A stretch of 63,539 bases of DNA, the filler included, from Barthelona sp. PAP020 (taxonomy: Eukaryota): assembly GCA_040182905.1 (NCBI GenBank). It is 3 parts of 3 records of this genome, joined end to end, with 100 filler letters (N's around TTAATTAATTAA, not from the genome) between each part and the next. Parts side by side here need not be neighbours in the genome. Positions count along the whole stretch, not along the records: positions 1 to 26,744 come from JARQWU010000133.1; 2 more parts are not named here. The stretch is one strand, 5' to 3'. Below are positions 11,405 to 22,064 of the stretch, one piece after another. A model generated the notes under the pieces. It was not told the origin of the DNA and ran no database searches. It saw only the letters and a program-made list of their open reading frames with translations. The first letter of the stretch is position 1; every line of letters begins with the position of its first letter. The translations under genes and the position numbers were made by a program.

Positions 11405-11694
11405 TTCTAAAATAATCATTGTTTTCTTGCCTTGAAATAAAACATAATATTAATTCAATTGAATATTTAGGCCTTCAAATTTTGAAGAACTGATATTCTT
11501 TTCCCAAATGCAAATATTAAACTTATTGTTCAGGAAAATCCTTCAAAAAAACGTGATGTGGACATTTTTACACTAAAATTATGTTGATTGATTTGAGAAA
11601 AAAAAAACCATAACTATTTATTTTTATTTTTTTTTGAATGTAATAAAAAAAATTAGAGTCTAAATTCAAAATCAATAAGAACCATTAAATTTAC

Positions 11695-12789
11695 TTACAA
11701 TCTTGAGATAGAATCCAAATTATGGTCACCATCAAAACTAAAACCACTAAATTCATCAGAAGCAGAACGTCCAAGCACAGATTCTGCATCTGAGCTACCA
11801 AATGAAGTGGGTTTCTTCGACGTAAAATTCCTATCAAAATTTCGTGTATCTGCTTTATCATACGTAAAAGGAACGAAAGCCATCTTAACTTCTTTTCTTT
11901 GCAATTTAACCAAATCAATAGAATCAAAATAAGGGTGATTTAATATTTCATCAATCCCCTGAGTTGCTCCCAACCTACAATCTGGATCCTTCGTTAATAA
12001 TCCTTTCAAAAGATCTATTGTGGTGTTATCCAAATAGGGAGGATATAAAGGTTGTTCTTTTAAGATTTTTCTGTGTATCTCATTTACGTTGCGATGATAA
12101 AATGGCGTAATACCAGTTAAAAACTCATATAAACAAATCCCAATTGACCAAAAATCCGCTCGACTATTATAAACTTCAGCATTCACAACTTCAGGTGCTA
12201 AGTATTCACTTGTTCCACAAATGGTGGTCGATTCTTCGGCAATTTTAGAAAGTCCAAAATCAGCCAAAGCTAAATAGCCATCAAGACCCAGCAAAACATT
12301 CTCTGGTTTTAAATCTCGATACATTACTCCTTTATCATGTAAAGCCTTTAAACCAAACAATAATTGAGCAATATATACCCTCGAACGATGAGGAGAAAAT
12401 CTATATTCTCGTTTCAAATGAAAAAATAATTCACCTCCACCAAAATACTGCATTGCAAAAAATAGTTTAGTTCTGGTTTGAAAGGCGTATACCAACTTGA
12501 CTACAAAAGGAGAATTAATCTCCATCAATATTTTTCTTTCCTCAAAAACTCTTTTTACAGTTTTTGATTTCAAAATTTGAGATTTTTTCAAAACTTTCAA
12601 AGCAAAAATTGAATTTGTTATTTTAAATCTAGCTTGATAAACTTTAGCAAATCCTCCTTCGCCTAATAATTTTAATATTTCAAAATCTCTTTCAGTAATA
12701 TTTGAAACTTGAAACAGTTTATTGAAAAATATTTCTTCTTCATCATACTCTTCAACTTCTTCTTCATCTTTACTCGAACTAGGTCCCAT
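11695..12789 (-). CDS. AGC-group Ser/Thr kinase (S6K/SGK/PKB-like)
   Basis: GEGGFAKV, YRDLKPEN, DFG, CGTSEYLAPE, NFD turn and FSGFSF hydrophobic motif; MG start (possible myristoylation). Confidence 0.92.
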   Translation of the reverse strand: MGPSSSKDEEEVEEYDEEEIFFNKLFQVSNITERDFEILKLLGEGGFAKVYQARFKITNSIFALKVLKKSQILKSKTVKRVFEERKILMEINSPFVVKLVYAFQTRTKLFFAMQYFGGGELFFHLKREYRFSPHRSRVYIAQLLFGLKALHDKGVMYRDLKPENVLLGLDGYLALADFGLSKIAEESTTICGTSEYLAPEVVNAEVYNSRADFWSIGICLYEFLTGITPFYHRNVNEIHRKILKEQPLYPPYLDNTTIDLLKGLLTKDPDCRLGATQGIDEILNHPYFDSIDLVKLQRKEVKMAFVPFTYDKADTRNFDRNFTSKKPTSFGSSDAESVLGRSASDEFSGFSFDGDHNLDSISRL

Positions 12790-13030
12790 TAAACGTAGAA
12801 TAAAAAAAAAAAAGGAATGCAAAGAATGCAAGGATGAAAATAAATAGAAGATAATAGAAATGATTGTTTACAAAAAATATCTGAACATAAGAGTTGTACT
12901 TGCTATGTGACAAAAAGAAAGCAAATGAACAATTTTCAATTTTAAAAATTACAACAAAACAAAAAATATCATTGCATTTATACACATCAAATATATAATA
13001 TAAAAAAAATGGTTGCAAAACAAAACAAAA

Positions 13031-13879
13031 TCATTCTTGAACAACACGTACAATAGAATTCCCAATATGAATACCATCAATTTCTTGTAAAGCTCTTTCA
13101 GCATCCGAAATTCGATGAAAAGTAACCAAAACTTCAATTTTATCAGAGTGCTCGATGTCGATAAATCTCAACTTTCGGAAAGGACCAATATCACCCACAG
13201 TCTTTCGTATTAAACTTTCTGGTGTGTCTCTATTCAATCCTGTTATCCTAATTTTACTACTTTGTTCCTTGTTACTCAAAATAATTACTGAATCTGTTGA
13301 ATCATCATTAGATAATCTGGCTCTAGAAATTGATAAAGCAAAACCATGAAATAATTTATTATTTAATAACAATGCTTTTGCTACCAAATTCGTGGAAATA
13401 AACTCAACATAAGCAATACCTTTCGATTTCTTAGTAAACCTATCTCTAAGCAATTTAACACTTTCAATTGGACCGACAGTTGCACTAAAATACTTTTCTA
13501 ATTGTGATTCTGTTAATTTAGGGTGCAAATTATGAATTATAATGGTAGATTTTTCTTTTTCAACCATTTTTTGCTTCTCTTTTTGAATAAACTCTTGTTT
13601 CTTTTGAGTTTGTTCAATTTGCTTTTGAATATCCTTTGGATTGCCTAAATCGTTGATTAACCTTTTTTGTATCAATTTATGCTCCTCTAAAGATAATTGA
13701 TGATGATGATGATGTCGATCTATCAATCGAGGCTCTCGTTTGATTTCATTATCATGCATCAAAATGTCTTTTGGCTTGTGAAATTGAAAATACAATAGAT
13801 TTGATTTTCTTTTTTCTTCTTCTTCAAATATTAGTTGTGTCTGTTCTAAATATTCATCAACATCAAAAATACTATTCAT
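13031..13879 (-). CDS. RRM protein, RBM39/RBM23-like splicing factor
   Basis: Two RRMs; DRFTKKSKGIAYVEF RNP1; FDVDEYLE N-terminus; an alternative ATG at 13906. Confidence 0.7.
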   Translation of the reverse strand: MNSIFDVDEYLEQTQLIFEEEEKRKSNLLYFQFHKPKDILMHDNEIKREPRLIDRHHHHHQLSLEEHKLIQKRLINDLGNPKDIQKQIEQTQKKQEFIQKEKQKMVEKEKSTIIIHNLHPKLTESQLEKYFSATVGPIESVKLLRDRFTKKSKGIAYVEFISTNLVAKALLLNNKLFHGFALSISRARLSNDDSTDSVIILSNKEQSSKIRITGLNRDTPESLIRKTVGDIGPFRKLRFIDIEHSDKIEVLVTFHRISDAERALQEIDGIHIGNSIVRVVQE

Positions 13880-14274
13880 AGGAAAAACAAAAACAAAAAA
13901 TGCCATTTTACAGCTTTTTTTTTTTACAAGTTTCGCTATTTTCAGCTAAAGTTGACATAAACGATTATTTTGAAACAATGATTCCAAAGGAAATCTTCCC
14001 ACAAATAAAAAATCTTAAATTTTTTCAAGAATTTATTCTTTGGCCGTCTAAACTATAAAAAATTAGGCACATTTTTTACATTCAAATAAATCAAAATGAA
14101 AACACAAAAAACTGTTTCGCATGAAAATGACATTCCTTTCATACTTGCTGAAAGAATCAAAATGTAAATTGCATTATTAAAAGTTTGCTCTTTCAACAAT
14201 TTTAAAAAATCATGCAAAATTGGGTTTTCGACAAAAATAGAAACATGACACCCAAATTTTTCATAAAACAATAT

Positions 14275-15219
14275 TCAATGAACTTTATTTTTACACACTT
14301 CCACTTCATTTTCAATCAATGAAGGTAATAGGGTATTTTTAAACAAATACTTGCGGATTAATTCAATGAGCAAATATGTTGGGAAAAAGAATGCACAATA
14401 ATACACAAAAGCATGTTTAAGAATATCAAAAATGTTCAATTCATAATTGATAAATTGGCCTGTTGTATAAAACTCAAAGTTCAAATCAACAAAAGTATTT
14501 GTTCCCAAAAATGATTTCTTTGGATTGAAAATTGTTTGTGAAGCTAAACTAACATTTTTTTGCAATGAAAAACTTTCCAAATAATTTAAAATATTTTGTT
14601 TTTGAAATGAAATGTATTTTGAACTCAAATTAGGTTGTTCCGGAATCTGATACTGGTTTGAAGGCAAAACATTCTGTTGATTCAACATTAGTTTCGACTT
14701 AATATCAATAGAATGAAAACCATCCATGCTTTCATAACTTATCACCTGAAGAACTCTATCTCTGTAGCTATACCCAGGAATAGGCACATAAACTGACCAC
14801 CAAATGTATAATCTAAAGGAATATAAAGATGGATATATTAAATTATAGTTGTTTACAGGGGGGAGAGGAATTTTAATATCCAAATGTTGAATTGACGTAT
14901 AATTATAGGCATCATAACCAACATAAGTTGCCAAACTCAAACCATCATCAGTAGAGCCAATATATTGTTCCAAATCATCAACATTTGAAAATATTGTATT
15001 AACACCATTATAATCGGCAACTAAAACTACATTTCTATCCAAAGTATACGTTGGTCTTAACAATGCTTGTGTTGATTGTTTCCAAAATGAACTAACATTT
15101 AAACAAAAAATGGCTGGCAATACCAAAGTGATTATCCAAGAAATTAATTGGAAAAAGAAAGCTGTTGAAAAAATTGAATTGGAATAAACTCGATGAATTG
15201 GAATCCAATACAATTTCAT
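14275..15219 (-). CDS. TMEM231: TMEM231 ciliary transition-zone protein
   Basis: 314 aa, two TM segments; LP..(x)SSFWKQS...RP and FDILKHAFVYY...IRKYLFKN match the family pattern. Confidence 0.72.
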   Translation of the reverse strand: MKLYWIPIHRVYSNSIFSTAFFFQLISWIITLVLPAIFCLNVSSFWKQSTQALLRPTYTLDRNVVLVADYNGVNTIFSNVDDLEQYIGSTDDGLSLATYVGYDAYNYTSIQHLDIKIPLPPVNNYNLIYPSLYSFRLYIWWSVYVPIPGYSYRDRVLQVISYESMDGFHSIDIKSKLMLNQQNVLPSNQYQIPEQPNLSSKYISFQKQNILNYLESFSLQKNVSLASQTIFNPKKSFLGTNTFVDLNFEFYTTGQFINYELNIFDILKHAFVYYCAFFFPTYLLIELIRKYLFKNTLLPSLIENEVEVCKNKVH

Positions 15220-15270
15220 GGGGAAAGAAGAAATTATATAAACAAGTTGTTTTTTTATTACTGATAGACC

Positions 15271-17271
15271 ATGAGTTTATTAGCTAGACAATTATTACTT
15301 CAATATTATAAGGATGATGACAATTCTGAGAAACTGAATTTAGATTCTGGTGAATTTGATATTGATATTTATTTGAAAGATATTTATAAGAGAGCAAGTT
15401 TATCGAATTTATTAAAATTAGATCAAAGAATTGATGAAGAAATTGGAGAAATAAAATTATCTTTGAAACAATTGTTATATGAGAATTATGGACAATTCTT
15501 TGAAGCTGCTGAAACAATAAAATCTATTGAAAAGAATTCTAAAACAATTGTAAGTCAAACGCAAAAATTAGATGAAAAAATTAATGATTTAACTTCATGT
15601 AAGAAAGAGACTTTTTCTAAAATCATTGAGATAAACAATGAATTGAATAGAACTAAAAAACAAAATGATTTTTTGAAGAAATTAAATTTTTTGTTTGAAT
15701 TACCTAAATATCTGGAAAAATGTTTAGCTTTAAATGCATCTAAACAGGCAATATATTATTTTAGTCGGAGTTATCGATTATTGAATGAAAAACAAAGCAT
15801 TATTCACTATTTTGAAGATGTTTTAATTGAGGCAAAGGAAGTGATGGAAAGAATTTGTTTGAATATTGTAAATAATATGAAGAAAGCTAAATATGTTGGT
15901 CAAGTGTGTGAAAATATGGGGTATTTGATTGAAATTGGATATGAATATGAAAATAGTTGGAAAGTTTTTCAGGAATGTATTAATAATTTGCTTGAACCAA
16001 TGTTTCATAATATCAATAAAGAATCATTAGAATCCACTGTTCTTGCGGTCTATTTAGATTTATTGATTGAAATTTCAAAGATTGATTCAAATGCTGTTGT
16101 GTTAAATTCTATATGTATATTTGATTATTTAATACCTAAAGATTGGAATTGGACAATAAAGTTTAATGAATTTTCTGTTTCAATATTAATACCTATTTTT
16201 GACAGATTATTAGAAATTGGAAAAAAACAAAGAACAACAGATTCTTTATTTAATTATATAATGGATATTATATTGGTTTTTGATGGTTTTATTTGCAATG
16301 TAAAAAAAGAATTTGAAAATAAAGAAAAATATCATTTTCTTTATGAAAGTATTGAAAATTTTATCAAAGATATTCATGAAATGGTAAAAGAATTGATTTT
16401 GCAGCAGACCAAGGAATTATTGCTTGAATCAATTCAAGAATACAATCATTCTGAGATTTTTATCCTTTTAAAATCAGTTTTTGATTTTAATTTTGAGCAA
16501 TATAACACATATGTTTATAAATTTGATAAACAAATTCTAGCAGGAATATTTATTTATATTATTAATTCTTATGTGTTTGAACAATTGGAAAATAATGTAA
16601 ATTTTAAAAGTTTAAACTTTTTCAATCTTTTTGTCAAAGAAAATTTAAAAGAAATTCATTCTTATTACAATGAAAATTTTCAACCCAAATTATCATATCA
16701 ATATTTTCAAAACATTTTCTTTCAGCAAAAAAATGATCTTTTGATGAAATTTTACAAAAAAAAATTTTTTGAAGGAAAAAACTATTTACAAAAATTTTAT
16801 TCTTCTTCCAATTGTTCTTTAAATGTTTCTCCCAATTTAAAAGATCTGATTAAAAATTTTGAACACTTTCAAACTTTTAAAATCCAAAATAATGACGACG
16901 TTGTCGAAAATAATTTGGAATTTCAATCGTCTTTTTCTATTTCTATCCCTATTCTTTCTGTTAACGATTTATTGGCTAAAATTTTTGAAAAGAAGAGATT
17001 AATCATTGAGGATATTTCTCAAGCAATCATTTTTTCTTTATTAGCTGATATTTATGTCAATTCTTTATGTTTCTCTTTCAACAGTCAAGAATTTTCTGTA
17101 TTTTTATTGAATCTTCATTATTTAAGAAAACAACTTTGTAAATTCATTGATATTGGAAACCAAAAGTTATTCAATGATACCATTAATGATATAATTATCA
17201 CAGCCGCTGAGCAAGCAAATAAAAACAATCTTATTTCATCTGAACAGTTGAATGTTCTTGTTGAACAATAA
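15271..17271 (+). CDS. VPS51: Vps51 (GARP/EARP subunit)
   Basis: LNLDS.EFD.D.YL...SL..LL...LKQLLYENYGQFFEAAETI N-terminal Vps51 domain. Confidence 0.8.
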   Translation: MSLLARQLLLQYYKDDDNSEKLNLDSGEFDIDIYLKDIYKRASLSNLLKLDQRIDEEIGEIKLSLKQLLYENYGQFFEAAETIKSIEKNSKTIVSQTQKLDEKINDLTSCKKETFSKIIEINNELNRTKKQNDFLKKLNFLFELPKYLEKCLALNASKQAIYYFSRSYRLLNEKQSIIHYFEDVLIEAKEVMERICLNIVNNMKKAKYVGQVCENMGYLIEIGYEYENSWKVFQECINNLLEPMFHNINKESLESTVLAVYLDLLIEISKIDSNAVVLNSICIFDYLIPKDWNWTIKFNEFSVSILIPIFDRLLEIGKKQRTTDSLFNYIMDIILVFDGFICNVKKEFENKEKYHFLYESIENFIKDIHEMVKELILQQTKELLLESIQEYNHSEIFILLKSVFDFNFEQYNTYVYKFDKQILAGIFIYIINSYVFEQLENNVNFKSLNFFNLFVKENLKEIHSYYNENFQPKLSYQYFQNIFFQQKNDLLMKFYKKKFFEGKNYLQKFYSSSNCSLNVSPNLKDLIKNFEHFQTFKIQNNDDVVENNLEFQSSFSISIPILSVNDLLAKIFEKKRLIIEDISQAIIFSLLADIYVNSLCFSFNSQEFSVFLLNLHYLRKQLCKFIDIGNQKLFNDTINDIIITAAEQANKNNLISSEQLNVLVEQ

Positions 17272-17379
17272 TGTCAATTACAATAAACACACATCTTTTA
17301 TTTTTCTTTTTAAAACAAAAAACATTTTCTACCATATTTATTTGTGAAAATTACCGATTAAAATCTATCAATAATAAAC

Positions 17380-18111
17380 TTAGATTGATTGCATAACCTT
17401 CATGTGACGTTCTCTGGCAGCTCTCATAGCTAATGAACGAGCAGACAAGATAGGTTCACCACGCTTGGTGGGAATGACAGCAAATTGTCCCTTGATAGAA
17501 TCAACGATAGTAGTGAAAGTAGGTTGATCTTCAGGAAGAATATCCATGAAAGCAACACAAGTGACATTCTTTTGACGAACCATTTGACCTAAAACAGATT
17601 TAGATTTAACAATAGCATAAGGAATACCACACTTGTGACATAAAGTAGGAAGATAGATAACGAGTTCAAGAGGAGCAACATCACGAGCAATAAGAACAAG
17701 TTTAGCCTTCTTTTGTTCAATAGCCTTGGTGACTTGGTTCATACCGAATTCCAAACAAGGTTTTCTTTCGGCAGAAACTTCAGTGGAGGCTTCAGCCATT
17801 TGACGAATTCTTTCCTTCTTTTCTTGATGAGATTCAGGACGATAATTCTTCATGGCCATACCATAAAGTTGACCCATAAGGTTCTTATTGAGAACATTGT
17901 TGAATTGATCAATTTGAGCAGGACGAACGAAACGTTGTTTCAAAACCTTACGCATTCTTTGAATACGAACATAACGAGGGAAACGAACAAAGTGAGTTAA
18001 ATCGCGCTTTTTAGCAACACCATATCCAACACCACGTTCGGGCTTGTGAACAGTATAACGGAAATCTTTGGCAGCTACTTTCTTAGTTGCAGTTGGTTGA
18101 GGACGAGCCAT
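17380..18111 (-). CDS. RPL7A: 60S ribosomal protein L7a (eL8)
   Basis: KRDLTHFVRFPRYVRIQR, KAKLVLIARDVAPLELV and IPYAIVKSK motifs; strong codon bias. Confidence 0.96.
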   Translation of the reverse strand: MARPQPTATKKVAAKDFRYTVHKPERGVGYGVAKKRDLTHFVRFPRYVRIQRMRKVLKQRFVRPAQIDQFNNVLNKNLMGQLYGMAMKNYRPESHQEKKERIRQMAEASTEVSAERKPCLEFGMNQVTKAIEQKKAKLVLIARDVAPLELVIYLPTLCHKCGIPYAIVKSKSVLGQMVRQKNVTCVAFMDILPEDQPTFTTIVDSIKGQFAVIPTKRGEPILSARSLAMRAARERHMKVMQSI

Positions 18112-18223
18112 ATTGGTAGAAAAGAATTTTTTCTTCGAAAAAAAGGAAGGAAAATTGGAGTTAAACTTTTGAAAAAAAAAAAATTTTTCTTTCTTCCTTC
18201 AATTTTTCATACAGAAAATCCCA
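18112..18223. promoter_or_regulatory. Bidirectional promoter region between RPL7A and RPS5
   Basis: 112 bp between divergent ATGs, with A-tract/T-tract and pyrimidine runs facing each gene. Confidence 0.65.
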
Positions 18224-18879
18224 ATGAGTGCCCAAGAAATTAAACTCTTCAACAAATACCCATTTACTATGGATGAATTCACAGACAGAGATGAATCTGT
18301 TCAAGTATGTTTTATGTTTGATGATATGTTTTCATTTTGTTTTTCAATTTAGTATATTCTAATTGTTAGCGTTATATCCATGCTCATGGTGATGAAGCTG
18401 CTACCTTCCTTCCTCACACTGCTGGTCGTTATCAAAAGGTTCGTTTCCAAAAAGCCAAATGTCCTCTTGTCGAACGTATTACTAACTCTCTCATGATGCA
18501 CGGACGTAATAATGGTAAGAAAGTTATGGCTGTTCGTATTGTTCGTGATGCTTTAGAGATTATTGCCTTAACCACCGATAAGAACCCTATGACTATTGTT
18601 TGTCAAGCTGTTGAAAAAGCTGGTTCTCGTGAAGATGCTACTCGTGTTGGTTCCGCTGGTACTGTTCAACGTGAAGCTGTTGATGTTTCACCTCTTCGTC
18701 GTGTCAATCAAGCCATTTATTTGATCACTCAAGGTGCTCGTAAGGCTGCTTTCCGTAACATTAAATCTATCGCTGAATGTCTTGCTGAAGAATTAGTCAG
18801 TGCCGCCAGAGGATCTGCTTCTTCTTATGCCATCAAGCAAAAGGATTTGATTGAACGTGCCGCTGCTTCTAGCCGTTAA
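18224..18879 (+). CDS. RPS5: 40S ribosomal protein S5 (uS7), two exons (18224-18304, 18370-18879)
   Basis: [42 protein letters not shown] motifs; 65-nt phase-0 intron. Confidence 0.96.
18305..18369 (+). other. Spliceosomal intron, 65 nt
   Basis: GTATGT...TATATTCTAAT-TGTTAG; removal restores the RPS5 frame. Confidence 0.9.
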
Positions 18880-18976
18880 TCCCATATAATCATTATTCAC
18901 ATAAATCGGGCTTTCTGTCATGTTAAAGTTTTTTGTTTTGTTTTTTTTTTTAATTTAACATAATATTGTTGTTTTG

Positions 18977-21900
18977 ATGGATGCGTCGATATTTGACATT
19001 TGTAATTACCAAACAAGACATTCAAAACTTGATGCAATTGCATATTTTCAAACTCAACAATGGAACACTTCAAATTTGAAATTGATATTTAAATTATTAT
19101 CTTCGTTTATTGATACAAGCGGTAATGATAGTGAGATATATTTATCATGTTTTAGTTGTATAATTCAATTTTTTGAAAAATATAATGACATATATGTTTT
19201 AAGAATGTTTATGGAATCTACACTTTTATTAAAAAGTGTCAGCATACTAGAAGATCAAATGGATTTGATCAAAAGTAATCAAATTGAAGAAGAAGTGTTT
19301 GAATTATTGAGAGCAATTTTATTAATTTTTAAATGTTGTTTTGATTCTATCTATTATGAAACGTCTGGATTTAAAGATGTATTTAAGAGCTTAGATTGTA
19401 CTTTTTCTCTGTTAAATGTGATTGAAACGAATATTGTTAGTTTTGAATTGCGTCGTTTAGCTTTGGAATTGATTGTTAGTCGAGCATTTTCAATCAGTGT
19501 TGCTGTTGAATCCAAATCATTCATGAAATTAATGTCATCTTTTATTGTTTCAACAAATCCTGAAAAAGAGATTTTGTGTAACATTTTTTTGCAAGCACGA
19601 AATTTCAATCCTGCTTGTTTTTCTTCCAACTATTTCAAAGCTTTATTGAAAACAGACATCATTAAAAGATGCATTTCCATGATTCCAAAGAAGGAACCAA
19701 CTTCATTTTTATCATGGTGTTTAAGAGCTGATTTAAGATCTGGAGCAATTACTGAAGTAATTCCACCAAAAGAGTTTTATTTTCCTGTTGATCAAGAGGT
19801 TGATCTTTATAGTTTGAGACAGATGTTATTATATGAAGAATGCATTGATAAATTGGTGGAAGCCTTAATTTCTGGTGCAATCAAAGATAAATCTCATGTT
19901 TTAGAATTGTTGCATGCATTATCAATTCATTCTGATGGTGTTTGTGAAACAATATGGCATAAATTGAGAAAATTTTGGAAACAATTTTTACAAAATCAGA
20001 ATCAGACAGAGTTAGAGTTAGCATGGTATTTAAGTGTATTGTTACAGATATGTAAATCAAAAAAGGTAAGGGAAAAAGCAAGTTCTTTGCTTGAAACTTT
20101 AATTCATTTAAAAGATGTACCTTCTGAACTTTATAAATTGCTGTTAGAAAACATTGATGACACGAAGTTAAATTTTTTGACAAAAGAATTGGTTGAAACG
20201 AAAAAGGCATCTAAATTGGAGGCTTTTGAAGAATATTTCAAATTTTTGAAAACTTTGATTAAACAATACAGTGGAAACCTGGTAAAACCTCCATTTTTAC
20301 TATTTCAGAGATTAGCACAGATAGGAGAAGGTGTGATTGAATCTGTAAATTTGTTTTTAGATGATTATGGTTGTAATAAGCGAGGTCTACCTGATTTTGA
20401 GAACTTAATTAATGGGTTATTGCAAAAAGATTTGACTGAAGAAGAATTTGCCAAATTATTGGAGCAGTCTGATGACATTGAGAAGATGGTTATTGATGAA
20501 GCCACTCAAGAAGATATTGAAGAAGAAAATGATGAGACTGATTTATCTTCAAAACAAATAACGTTTGAAGAGAAAAACCAAATGATTGATGATGAGCGTA
20601 ATGAATGTTTGGCAAAATTAATAAGACTTGCTACTGCATGTGCTGGAAATTGCAAGATTATTCGTGATGAGTTGATTAAACTTGAACCTGAAATGAATTA
20701 TACAATAATGACTTTGTTTGCTGTAATTTCAAAGAATATTGAGATACCTTTCAGTGTTTTAAAAAAATTACAAGAGAACAGAGAAAAAAAATATGAATTG
20801 TCTTTCATCACATTTTTATTCAATGTTCAAAAATCCAATACTGATTTATCACCTATTTTGGATAATTATGAACCTTTGATTAAAATGATTGACAGATACC
20901 TGCTTACAGATCATGAATATACAACAATTGATTGTCAAATACAGATAATTTTACTTCAAATAATTGAAAAATTAAGGTTTGAGAATTTTGAAAAGTTAAA
21001 TCTCTTGATCAATACTCTGGTGTCTGACAAATTGTCATGTGAGCCATTAAGCATTCCCAAAACCATTTATTGTTTGAAAGGATATACCTTGTGCAATTTG
21101 ATCATTAATAATGGTCTAGCAGTATATAATGAAGACACTAATGTATTGCAATACATTATTAATTGTGTTTTATATGTTTTTGAAAATTTGGAAACAATTA
21201 AACTTTTGAATGTTTCCACAAATTTTGAAATAAAATTACCCAGCATTTTTTCAATGTTAAACACATATTGTTCGATTTTGGAAAATACTATTCCAAATGG
21301 AATAATTATTCAACAATTATTAACATGTATTTTTCAAGAAAATTTGAAAAGTTTGGAAATTTTGAAAGAAAAATTAAAGGGAAGATTGATTCATTATCCA
21401 CTGAATGAAATTTTGAAACCTTTTGTTCAATTGCTATTAAATTGGGCCAAGAATGATTACAAGACCAGAATCAAGTTCGTTAATTCTTCCATGAATGGCA
21501 CCACATTGATTGAAGCTTTAAATAACATTATTTCATCAATTAACCCTAGGACAGATGGATCAGATAAAATAACTATGGAAAATATTGATAAATTGATTGA
21601 TTTACTGAAAGATCCATGGAGCAATGAAACGGAATTAGCAAAGAGTAGAAAGATTGATAACATTTCAAGATTGTCAAGAACCAGCGTTACTTTAGATGGA
21701 ATTCAAGTTGTCAAGAACACAAAATCGTTCAGCAGAACACAAAACCAACCTACTCAATCACAACCAGCCGAAGATTTAGAAAATAGACCCTCAATTCAAC
21801 TGTTGGACACAATGACTAACGGGATCAGATTATTGCCAAACATGATTAAGTCTGAAGATCATATGCAATATCATCAAACTGAAAGAAAAATCAAAGAAAA

Positions 21901-22027
21901 GAAAATTGCATCAAATAAAGTAACTGATGCAGAAATTCTCGCTCAATCATTATCTAAATCTTTAAAATTGAAAAAAGATATGTATACCACAGAAAATTCC
22001 AACCGTCCCTCCGTAAAAATGTTGTAG
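18977..22027 (+). CDS. Uncharacterised ~1016-aa alpha-helical (ARM/HEAT-like) protein
   Basis: Long ORF rich in L/I/E/K; no motif recognised. Confidence 0.7.
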   Translation: MDASIFDICNYQTRHSKLDAIAYFQTQQWNTSNLKLIFKLLSSFIDTSGNDSEIYLSCFSCIIQFFEKYNDIYVLRMFMESTLLLKSVSILEDQMDLIKSNQIEEEVFELLRAILLIFKCCFDSIYYETSGFKDVFKSLDCTFSLLNVIETNIVSFELRRLALELIVSRAFSISVAVESKSFMKLMSSFIVSTNPEKEILCNIFLQARNFNPACFSSNYFKALLKTDIIKRCISMIPKKEPTSFLSWCLRADLRSGAITEVIPPKEFYFPVDQEVDLYSLRQMLLYEECIDKLVEALISGAIKDKSHVLELLHALSIHSDGVCETIWHKLRKFWKQFLQNQNQTELELAWYLSVLLQICKSKKVREKASSLLETLIHLKDVPSELYKLLLENIDDTKLNFLTKELVETKKASKLEAFEEYFKFLKTLIKQYSGNLVKPPFLLFQRLAQIGEGVIESVNLFLDDYGCNKRGLPDFENLINGLLQKDLTEEEFAKLLEQSDDIEKMVIDEATQEDIEEENDETDLSSKQITFEEKNQMIDDERNECLAKLIRLATACAGNCKIIRDELIKLEPEMNYTIMTLFAVISKNIEIPFSVLKKLQENREKKYELSFITFLFNVQKSNTDLSPILDNYEPLIKMIDRYLLTDHEYTTIDCQIQIILLQIIEKLRFENFEKLNLLINTLVSDKLSCEPLSIPKTIYCLKGYTLCNLIINNGLAVYNEDTNVLQYIINCVLYVFENLETIKLLNVSTNFEIKLPSIFSMLNTYCSILENTIPNGIIIQQLLTCIFQENLKSLEILKEKLKGRLIHYPLNEILKPFVQLLLNWAKNDYKTRIKFVNSSMNGTTLIEALNNIISSINPRTDGSDKITMENIDKLIDLLKDPWSNETELAKSRKIDNISRLSRTSVTLDGIQVVKNTKSFSRTQNQPTQSQPAEDLENRPSIQLLDTMTNGIRLLPNMIKSEDHMQYHQTERKIKEKKIASNKVTDAEILAQSLSKSLKLKKDMYTTENSNRPSVKML

Positions 22028-22064
22028 TATTTGGGTTTTTTTTTTTAATTTGTTTTTCTATGAA

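Noticed and set aside
11175..11571. GTGGACATTTTTAC direct repeat on either side of an F1 mini as a target-site duplication
   Set aside because: The second copy lies ~150 bp from the element end, and no equivalent flanks other copies
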